Source: a virus
Lineage: Duplodnaviria > Caudoviricetes
IMG/VR virus record: IMGVR_UViG_3300020204_000364
Location: 1 to 24,281 of that record
Reading direction: 5' to 3' (one strand)
DNA length: 24,281 nt
The position numbers were made by a program, and so were the translations under genes. Each line of letters opens with the position of its first letter. Within the stretch, counting starts at the first letter, position 1. Of this stretch, positions 16,552 through 24,281 are shown one piece after another. The notes beneath the pieces were generated by a model, which saw only the letters and a list, made by a program, of their open reading frames with translations, did not search any database and had not been told where the DNA came from.

Positions 16552-19500
16552 ATGGCATCTATTGCTAACACCGTCACGATTTCAACGGATCTAAATGTAG
16601 ATCCGTATTATGATGACTTCAGTGAGTCTAAAAATTTTCATCGTATTCTATTTCGTCCTGGTCTAGCAGTTCAGGCGCGCGAACTTACTCAAATTCAATC
16701 AGTTTTGCAAAATCAGATTGATCGTTTTGCCGAGCATATTTTCAAAGAAGGCAGCATTGTTCGTGGGTGTGCTACAACTTTAGATCGCGATGTCATTTAT
16801 ATGAAGCTTCGTGATAAGGCATCTAATGGTACAACTGTAGTCAATGTTTATTCCTTTTTGTATAAAACCGTCACTGGATCTACATCTGGTGTTTCGGCTA
16901 ATGTCATTGAGGTAAATGACGGATCAGAAGCTAATACACCAAATTTCAAAACTCTATTTGTAAAATTAACTGGTGCTAACGGTGCTCGTCGTACATTTGC
17001 TAATGGCGAAGTTTTAACTGCTTCGGGTGGTGGTGGGCTTACAGCTAATCTTATTACATCATCGGCCACTGGATTTTCAGCCCTAATGAAAATCGGATCT
17101 GGTGTAATCTATGCCAAAGATCATTTTATTAGAGCCGATGAAAATACCCTAGTATTATCAAAATATAGCTCAAATGCTTCTGTTCGTGTCGGATTTGATG
17201 TTGTTGAATCTATTATTAAAGAAGCCGACGATTCTACCCTTTTAGATCCAGCATCAGGTTCTTATAACTATGCAGCCCCCGGTGCGGCCCGTCTAAAACT
17301 TTCATTACAATTCTCAAAGAAAGCTTTGACTGATACGGCCAGCAATAATTTTGTTGAGCTAATTCAAATTAAAAATGGTGTTATTCAGACACGTTCTGAT
17401 ACAACTCAATATAATTTGCTGCGTGATTATTTTGCAAAGCGTACTTATGATGAGTCAGGAAATTATGTAGTTAATGGACTTTCGCCTAGATTACGTGAGC
17501 ATCTATTAAGCGGAAATAATCAAGGTGTTTATACTGCAGGTGAAGGTGGAAGCGCATCTAAATTAGTTGTTGAAATTAATCCCGGTAAAGCTTATGTTCA
17601 AGGTTTTGATATTGAACAGCTACAAAGCGCACGAGTTACCCTTGATAAAGCTACTGATTTTAAATCAGTAGAACAAGCATCTGCACTAATCGATTATGGT
17701 AATTATGTCATAGTTGATAACGTTGTTGGTGGTTGGGATGTAAATTCTCAGGGCTTAGTCAGTCTCAGATCACAACAAGCAAATGCAGTTTCAACAAGAA
17801 ACTATTCGACTACAAATTTTCCAGCAACACAAATTGGTACTGCTCGTGTTCGTGCTATTGAACATTATACCGGTACACCAGGTCTTCCCTCTACACAATA
17901 TAAACTCTTTCTAACAGATATCAATATGTCTGCCGGATTTGGATTTGCAAATGTTCAATCTATTGCTTTTAGTGCCGGGGCTGGCCAGGCTAACGGCAAG
18001 GCTGATATTTTAGGGTCAAATGGTAAAAACGCAAATACTGCTGATTCATCGTTTGACACAGCCGTATTTCGTTTGCCTGCAACAGCTATTCGCCGTCTAC
18101 GTGACACATTAGGTAATATTGACAACGATTTCCCATTCAAGAAGTCATTTGATATTACATTTGGCACAGGTGGTACAGCATCTGTTGCTTCTGGTTCTGC
18201 CAGCGAAACATTTGCAGGAAGCGGTGTTATATCTTCGGCTACAGGCCGTGCCAACTATTATGTTGTTGCTAGAGGATCTACAAATACCGCGGCAGTTAGC
18301 ACTTTAAGACTAAGCACAACAAGCGGATCAAATACTATAACTCGCTCTAATAGCTCAATCGATTTAACAACTAGATTTAGTGCAGGTGAATTAATTCGTG
18401 TTGCAAATACGGGTGACTTTATTGTTACATCTGTATCAGCATCATCTTTGAATACCTTATCAACAGCTGGTGCTACCCGCACAAATATGCGAGTTCATAA
18501 GCTTATAAAACAAGGTCAGGTATTGGATTTTGGTGGTAGCGGTGGTTTAGCTGGAGCAGCTCGTACCATCACAGTATCATCTTCAACTCAAACTGATTTT
18601 GATCTGAAAGAAACTCTTGGTGCATCGCTAAATGCTACAGTAATTGCTGAACTCTCTAAAGTTGATGGTCAAGAAGCATCAAAAACGGTCAATCGTAATC
18701 GTTTAGTTCAAATTAGAATTGGGGCTGGCGGTGGCACATCTTATATTGCCAATACTACTGGACCATGGCCTTTAGGTCTATCCGATGGATTTAAGATTGT
18801 ATCAGTTCGCAAGAAATCTGGATCAAACTTTTCAACTCTGACTGAAGGGACTGATGTCACCAATAGTTTTAGTTTAGATTCGGGTATGCTTGACGGGTAT
18901 TATAGTCATGCACAGCTTGTAAATAAATCTACTAGTGGATTATCAATTGCTTCTGGTGATCGTTTGCTTGTCAAGCTAGATTATTTTACGCATAGCTATT
19001 CTACTGGTGTTGGATATTTCTCGGTTGATTCATATCCCATCGATGATACAAATGCAGGTGCTGACCCAACTAAGATTTTTACATATGAAATTCCAGTATA
19101 TAATTCTGCACGAACGGGTAATAGATTTGATCTAAGAGATTGCATTGATATTCGTCCTCGTATGACGGATACTGCAAATAGCGTAACATCTCTTACAAAT
19201 ATTTCAATTAATCCGAAATTATCTACATCATTTGATCAGCCATCGGGCGGTCTGCGTTTTATGGCGCCAGGTGAAACATTTGAAGCCGATCTTGATTATT
19301 ATCTACTTCGCAATGATAGAATTGTGCTTGATCGTGATGGTAATTTTGTTGCAATCAAGGGAGTTTCTTCTTCAAATCCAGTAACACCTGATGAGCCCAC
19401 TGATACTATGTCGGTGGCCACTGTAAATCTATCACAATATCCATCTCTACCTGATGAACAAGCTCGTCGTGTAAATCGTGGTGATCTTGCTTCTAAAATA

Positions 19501-22500
19501 TTTCCGATTACAAATCCGCGCTTTACTATGAAAGATATTGGCGTTTTACGAAATCGTATTGAAAATCTGGAATATTATACTACATTAAATTTACTTGAGA
19601 TGGATACAAAAAATCTTCTTGTGCAAGATGCTGCGGGTAATAATCGCTTTAAGAATGGTATTCTAGTTGATGCTTTCTATGGCCATAACGTGGGTGATGT
19701 CACAAATTCTGATTATAAGATTTCGATAGATCCTAATTATGGAGAAGCTCGTCCTCCATTTAAGCTTGATTGTGTTGAACTTTTTTACAATGCTGCTAAT
19801 TCATCAAATGTGGTTCGCACAAATACTACAGTTGGTGGAATTGCGCGCGATCAGATCATATTCATTGCAAATAGTCAGTCTGCATTTGCTAATGATTCTA
19901 CTGTAACATCTGGTGGAACAACAGCTACAGTTCGATTCAAAGTAAATAATAAATTATATGTTGAAGATGCAACAGGTAATTTCTCAACATCGGCCTCAAT
20001 CACTAGTGGTGCAGTATCTACAACTATTTCAGGTGTTTATGCAATACCCGCAGGGGAATTGCTTACCCTACCATATTCACATGAAGTATTCATTAGACAA
20101 AAATATTCATCGACAACTAGAAATGCTGCGGGTCTTTTCTGGAAATGGAAAGGTAATATAACTCTTGATCCACCAACTGATTATTGGGTAGATACCGTTC
20201 AATTACCTGATGTTCTTATTAATATTGATAATTTTGATGATAATTGGGAACAAAATGGTGCTTGGGGTACTGTTTGGAGCGATTGGCAAACCAATTGGCA
20301 ATCAACAAATGAAACTCGTGAGTGGGTGGGGGGCGGGGACCCGCGCGGATTTGGCGTAAGGGTAACAACTACTACCACTAGTAGTCAGACAAGACAAGGT
20401 GTTCGCACAAAACTAATACCTAAGGTTACAGTTACTAGCACCGGCCCTAGAGTCAAAAGCGTAAATATTGCACCGTTTATGCGTTCTCGATTAATTAAAT
20501 TTACCGGTAATGGTATAAAGCCTGGTGCGCGCCTATATCCTTTCTTTGACGGAACTAGTGTATCATCTTATGTGACACCAACAAATTCATCCTTTGCAAA
20601 TACTGCAATTGAGGGTGGGTCTCTTACTGCTGTATCTAACGGTAATGTATATGGTATATTCAGAATCCCATCCGATCAAAATACGCGATTTAGAACAGGT
20701 AGTCTGATATTCAGACTTACAGATTCTCCTTCAAATGATACTAAACAGGGCACATTTACTACAGATGCGGAGGGTATCTATACCGCTCAGGGTCTAATAC
20801 AAGAAGTTCAAAATACAATTATAAGCACTCGCACCGCAGAAGTTGTGCGAGAGAATGTATCTGAAGATCGTTTACAAGAAGATATTAGGGTTCGCTTTGA
20901 AGATCCTATTGCACAATCATTTACTATGGATACAAATGCGATAGGTAAAGTTTCCGGATCTGGTGCATTTGTTACCAAAGCTGATATTTTCTTTGCAACT
21001 AAAGATTCTGTTCTTGGATGTGAAGTACATATTCGTGAAATTGATCCGCTATCAAATACAATTACTCCGCGAATTGTTCCATTTAGTCGTGTAACATTGA
21101 TGCCAACAGAAGTCAATATAAGCTCTGATGGTTCAGCACCTACACCGGTGTATTTTCAATCTCCGGTATATCTACAGAATGATAGAGACTATGCAATAAT
21201 TGTAAAGCCTGTTGGTAATAATCCAAATTATAATGTGCATGTTTCACGTCTTGGTGAAGTTGATACATTAACTGGTGATCGTATTACATCTCAACCAGCC
21301 GCAGGTATGCTATTTGCATCTTCAAATGATAAGGTATACAGCGCGATTCAGGAAGAGGACTTAAAGTTTACACTTTATGTTGCAAACTTTGATAAGTCCG
21401 TCACAGGTTCTGTTGTATTTAAGAATGAACTTCGCGATTATCTACAGATTACCAATGCTTCGGCCGCATTTATTCGCACAGGTGAAGAAGTGCATGGTGA
21501 AACCATTCTTGTCGGAACATTTGCAAATACTAAATCAGTTAATACTGGTGTGACATTTGTTCAGGGTGTAACTTCAGGTGCAACCGGCACAATTTCTCGC
21601 TTCAGTTCCACACAGCTACGCGTGCGTAATATATCACTAACATCAAAATTTAGAGGTGGTGAGCAAATTCGCATTCGTAATACAAATGCGACAACTGGTG
21701 TAATTGTTGGTAATTCAAGCGGTGGTATTACATCAGCTACAACACCAACCGGACGTGTTGCTTTCTATGATTCTGTTTCTTATGCTAATACCTATTTGCA
21801 CCTAGCTAATGTAGCATTTACAAATAGTGGACCTGCATCGGGTCCAGGTAGAGTATTTTTTGCTAATAACTTTGTTCGTGGACAGATCAATGGATATTTT
21901 GCTCGTATTGTAAAGCTTGATCGTTTGCAGGCTGATACTATCAATATTTCGGCGGATTTCTTGAGACCCACAAATACAGTGATATCATTCTCGGGTAAAT
22001 TTGCCACTAGCAATACAGCTAGAGACTCATCTTACATTGATCTAAATGTAAATAATGATACTGAATTTGTTGCACCTCGTTTTATTCTAAGCCGTAGCAT
22101 GGAATCTAATACATCGATTTCAGGATCATCTATGGGTTCCACTCGCTCTGGTGAAATTAAGGCTACTTTGACAAGCACCAGCAGATATGCTTCGCCTGCT
22201 CTTGATGTCAAACGTATCTCTGCAATTACCATAGAAAATCTCATCAATAATGATACAACAGGTGAGGCTAATACAGTAAGTGGTGGTAATGCAAAGGCCA
22301 AATATATTACAAAGAAGGTAACTCTGGCTGATGGTCAAGATGCCGAAGATATTCGTGTATATGTGACAGCATATCGTCCACCTGGATCTAATATTAGTGT
22401 TTATTATAAGATTCTACATCGCGAAGATAGTGATACATTTGACAAGGCCCGTTATATACCTATGTCATTCACAACGGAAGCAGGATTTACATCATCTACA

Positions 22501-22743
22501 GCATTTTCAAGTTCTGAAATAATTGATGATTTCAAAGAATATACATTTGTTGTGCCAAATTATAGCAATGATTATATTTCAGGTGCAAATACAACAAATA
22601 GTAATATTATTGAATATCGTAATTCGGCTAAATCAAGATTTGTTGGATTTAAATATATGGCCATTAAGGTTGTATTGACAAGTACAACTACTACAAATCC
22701 ACCAAGACTTGATGACATCAGAGTGATTGCGCTTCAGAGATGA
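16552..22743 (+). CDS. Large virion structural protein, DUF4815/VrlC-like
   Basis: 2063 aa, with DLNVDPYYDDF...NFHRILFRPGLAVQARELTQIQSVLQNQI, APGAARLK, AKRTYDESGNYVV, PGKAYVQGF, DLRDCIDIRP, RFTMKDIG.L..RIENLEYYT.L.LLE, NRFKNGILVDAF, PFMRSR, DPIAQSF and EDLKFTLY. SD AGAGGA upstream. Confidence 0.88.
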   Translation: MASIANTVTISTDLNVDPYYDDFSESKNFHRILFRPGLAVQARELTQIQSVLQNQIDRFAEHIFKEGSIVRGCATTLDRDVIYMKLRDKASNGTTVVNVYSFLYKTVTGSTSGVSANVIEVNDGSEANTPNFKTLFVKLTGANGARRTFANGEVLTASGGGGLTANLITSSATGFSALMKIGSGVIYAKDHFIRADENTLVLSKYSSNASVRVGFDVVESIIKEADDSTLLDPASGSYNYAAPGAARLKLSLQFSKKALTDTASNNFVELIQIKNGVIQTRSDTTQYNLLRDYFAKRTYDESGNYVVNGLSPRLREHLLSGNNQGVYTAGEGGSASKLVVEINPGKAYVQGFDIEQLQSARVTLDKATDFKSVEQASALIDYGNYVIVDNVVGGWDVNSQGLVSLRSQQANAVSTRNYSTTNFPATQIGTARVRAIEHYTGTPGLPSTQYKLFLTDINMSAGFGFANVQSIAFSAGAGQANGKADILGSNGKNANTADSSFDTAVFRLPATAIRRLRDTLGNIDNDFPFKKSFDITFGTGGTASVASGSASETFAGSGVISSATGRANYYVVARGSTNTAAVSTLRLSTTSGSNTITRSNSSIDLTTRFSAGELIRVANTGDFIVTSVSASSLNTLSTAGATRTNMRVHKLIKQGQVLDFGGSGGLAGAARTITVSSSTQTDFDLKETLGASLNATVIAELSKVDGQEASKTVNRNRLVQIRIGAGGGTSYIANTTGPWPLGLSDGFKIVSVRKKSGSNFSTLTEGTDVTNSFSLDSGMLDGYYSHAQLVNKSTSGLSIASGDRLLVKLDYFTHSYSTGVGYFSVDSYPIDDTNAGADPTKIFTYEIPVYNSARTGNRFDLRDCIDIRPRMTDTANSVTSLTNISINPKLSTSFDQPSGGLRFMAPGETFEADLDYYLLRNDRIVLDRDGNFVAIKGVSSSNPVTPDEPTDTMSVATVNLSQYPSLPDEQARRVNRGDLASKIFPITNPRFTMKDIGVLRNRIENLEYYTTLNLLEMDTKNLLVQDAAGNNRFKNGILVDAFYGHNVGDVTNSDYKISIDPNYGEARPPFKLDCVELFYNAANSSNVVRTNTTVGGIARDQIIFIANSQSAFANDSTVTSGGTTATVRFKVNNKLYVEDATGNFSTSASITSGAVSTTISGVYAIPAGELLTLPYSHEVFIRQKYSSTTRNAAGLFWKWKGNITLDPPTDYWVDTVQLPDVLINIDNFDDNWEQNGAWGTVWSDWQTNWQSTNETREWVGGGDPRGFGVRVTTTTTSSQTRQGVRTKLIPKVTVTSTGPRVKSVNIAPFMRSRLIKFTGNGIKPGARLYPFFDGTSVSSYVTPTNSSFANTAIEGGSLTAVSNGNVYGIFRIPSDQNTRFRTGSLIFRLTDSPSNDTKQGTFTTDAEGIYTAQGLIQEVQNTIISTRTAEVVRENVSEDRLQEDIRVRFEDPIAQSFTMDTNAIGKVSGSGAFVTKADIFFATKDSVLGCEVHIREIDPLSNTITPRIVPFSRVTLMPTEVNISSDGSAPTPVYFQSPVYLQNDRDYAIIVKPVGNNPNYNVHVSRLGEVDTLTGDRITSQPAAGMLFASSNDKVYSAIQEEDLKFTLYVANFDKSVTGSVVFKNELRDYLQITNASAAFIRTGEEVHGETILVGTFANTKSVNTGVTFVQGVTSGATGTISRFSSTQLRVRNISLTSKFRGGEQIRIRNTNATTGVIVGNSSGGITSATTPTGRVAFYDSVSYANTYLHLANVAFTNSGPASGPGRVFFANNFVRGQINGYFARIVKLDRLQADTINISADFLRPTNTVISFSGKFATSNTARDSSYIDLNVNNDTEFVAPRFILSRSMESNTSISGSSMGSTRSGEIKATLTSTSRYASPALDVKRISAITIENLINNDTTGEANTVSGGNAKAKYITKKVTLADGQDAEDIRVYVTAYRPPGSNISVYYKILHREDSDTFDKARYIPMSFTTEAGFTSSTAFSSSEIIDDFKEYTFVVPNYSNDYISGANTTNSNIIEYRNSAKSRFVGFKYMAIKVVLTSTTTTNPPRLDDIRVIALQR

Positions 22744-22967
22744 GACCTGAGTTGGTAAAGATAGAAAATGAGCCTGGGTATCTTAAGGATAAAAGTACCC
22801 AGGCCATTATCTCTACTGATACTGTAGGGCTCGAAGCATATCGCGCAAAGAGAAAACGTGATATTGAAAATCAAGCGAAATTGGATGAGATAAATAATAT
22901 AAAGCAGGATGTCGCTGAAATTAAGGACCTGCTACGACAGCTACTCGGGTCCAAGGGACAGTTATAA
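22740..22967 (+). CDS. Small coiled-coil protein of the type that follows DUF4815 genes in T4-like phages
   Basis: 75 aa, ATGA-coupled. VKIENEPGYLKD..TQAII.TD...Y followed by the heptad EINNIKQDVAEIKDLLRQLL. Confidence 0.75.
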   Translation: MRPELVKIENEPGYLKDKSTQAIISTDTVGLEAYRAKRKRDIENQAKLDEINNIKQDVAEIKDLLRQLLGSKGQL

Positions 22968-23546
22968 ATGTCTAAAATTGCAAATGTCGCCCTAACCAAT
23001 ACATTTGACACCTGGAGGATTCGTTCCAACCAGGTGTTTACTCGTATGAACCAGTTTGCAATTGATGAATCTAAACTATATGCAAATACACTGACGGCCA
23101 ATGTTAGATTTGTATCATTAGGTGCAACAAAATTAGGCAATGCAAATAATGATACCACAATAGTCAATGGTGTATTAACCGCAAATGGTAGAGTTAGTGT
23201 AGCAACCAATATTACAATTAGTGGTAATACATCAACTAATAAATTAACTGTCACTTCTTCTTTAACATCATCTGGTAACACTACGTTAGGTGATGCCGCG
23301 GCCGATAGATTAACTTTAAATAGTAATACTGTATCCATAGGCGCTGCTGTATTGAATATAGATACTGGGCTGCTATTTTTACAAAAGAATGCAAATAGGG
23401 TGGGAGTGAATACATTGAATCCAAATACGGCATTTCATGTGAATGGTATTGTTTATGCTAACACAGGTTATAAATTTCCTGATGGTGCTATAATTACAGT
23501 ACCTTTATATGTTTATGCCTCAAATGGCTCTCAGCTATATCCGTGA
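22968..23546 (+). CDS. Virion structural / short fibre-like protein
   Basis: 192 aa. N-terminal TNTFDTWRIRSN motif seen in fibre-like proteins of T4-like phages, beta-strand repeats (GNTTLGDAAAD), and NRVGVNTLNPNTAFHVNG. Confidence 0.65.
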   Translation: MSKIANVALTNTFDTWRIRSNQVFTRMNQFAIDESKLYANTLTANVRFVSLGATKLGNANNDTTIVNGVLTANGRVSVATNITISGNTSTNKLTVTSSLTSSGNTTLGDAAADRLTLNSNTVSIGAAVLNIDTGLLFLQKNANRVGVNTLNPNTAFHVNGIVYANTGYKFPDGAIITVPLYVYASNGSQLYP

Positions 23547-23554
23547 GGAATTAA

Positions 23555-24281
23555 ATGGCTAATCCATTAAAAGTTAAATTATCAGGAGCTACATTTCAAG
23601 GTCTTCAGTTGATGACCGATGCGGAAATGGATTATGCTGTCGATATAATTCTTAAAGATTTTGCGGCTCTCAATACCGGATTGGGTACTGTCAATATTGA
23701 TGGTGCAACTGGCACTTCAATTGGCACATTTACTGATACTTCTAGATCAGGTTCTGTTGGCGATCACCCAGTTGCAGATTCTCCAATAACTGTAACAACA
23801 TATACATTCAAGCAAGATATTACAACTGCGGCCACAGAATTTCTTATTAGACCAGTAGAATTTTCTACTAGCGGGGTAAGACAGCAAAATGATACTCAGT
23901 TAAATGATTCAATTATAAACAGAGCTTTGACCAATTTAACTTCTTATGGGATAGGATCATATGTGCTACAACCATCTGCACCAGCAGGTACATGGACTTC
24001 AATAGGGTCAATAACCAATAGTATAATTGGTGCATCAAATACATCTACATTGTGGAGAAAAACTGGTGGAGCTGCACCCACAACAGTTCGCCCATTAAAG
24101 TATCAAACTAGCCCAACAAAATCTGTAAAACAAATGACAGATGCTGAGATGCAATCTCTAACCAATCGTCTGCGTAATAGAATTATAGCAACCGGCCGGG
24201 GCACATATAAGTTGCAAACATCTGCACCAACACCTGGTACTTGGACAACTTCTGGTTCGGCTTTTGATGATACTAGAAATA
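23555..24281 (+). CDS. Virion structural protein with internal repeats, 5' part only (absent from the ORF track)
   Basis: SD GAGGA at 23545, ATG at 23555, open to the window end (242 codons): MANPLKVKLSGATFQGLQLMTDAEMDY...RPLKYQTSPTKSVKQMTDAEMQ... Confidence 0.8.
   Translation, partial: MANPLKVKLSGATFQGLQLMTDAEMDYAVDIILKDFAALNTGLGTVNIDGATGTSIGTFTDTSRSGSVGDHPVADSPITVTTYTFKQDITTAATEFLIRPVEFSTSGVRQQNDTQLNDSIINRALTNLTSYGIGSYVLQPSAPAGTWTSIGSITNSIIGASNTSTLWRKTGGAAPTTVRPLKYQTSPTKSVKQMTDAEMQSLTNRLRNRIIATGRGTYKLQTSAPTPGTWTTSGSAFDDTRN

Noticed and set aside
22963-22970. TATAAATG late-promoter-like motif
   Set aside because: It is formed by the stop codon and the adjacent ATG of the next gene, so it could not transcribe that gene's start.
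16848-23338. Multiple short minus-strand and alternate-frame ORFs inside the large structural genes (also those within 880-2637, 4687-5001, 5941-6162, 7768-10003 and 14293-15447)
   Set aside because: They are wholly or largely nested in well-supported genes, have no recognisable motifs, and are typical shadows of biased codon usage.
1-24281. tRNA/rRNA genes, introns, inteins, homing endonucleases, defence systems, alternative genetic code
   Set aside because: Intergenic gaps are all under 50 bp, the conserved genes are uninterrupted, and TAA, TGA and TAG all serve as stops. None of these was recognisable by eye.

Overview
This window is a fully coding, AT-rich segment of a T4-like myophage genome, read in the standard genetic code. 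It holds the tail/baseplate morphogenesis module, arranged as in non-enteric T4-like phages (cyanophage-like, or alphaproteobacterial/freshwater types). Two divergent operons meet at about 5167-5214. Leftward (minus strand): gp4, gp2, gp54-like, gp26-family, a short gp51-like frame, then two tape-measure/hub-like membrane-helix proteins, one with a lysozyme-like domain and one truncated by the window edge. Rightward: gp48, gp53, gp27-like hub, gp5 (no lysozyme domain), a 269-aa orphan, gp25, gp6, gp7-like with a C-terminal beta-propeller, gp8, a 2063-aa DUF4815/VrlC-like protein, and three further virion-type genes. T4 late-promoter motifs (TATAAATA-like) precede several genes. The most notable signal is a likely -1 programmed ribosomal frameshift (U UUU UUU plus a downstream hairpin) fusing gp26 to the gp51-like frame just upstream of the tape-measure-like genes, the same layout as lambda G/GT/H. 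Other signals are a strong A-N-T tripeptide enrichment in the outer baseplate proteins and a probable leaderless late transcript for gp4. All family assignments come from motif recognition and synteny, not database searches.
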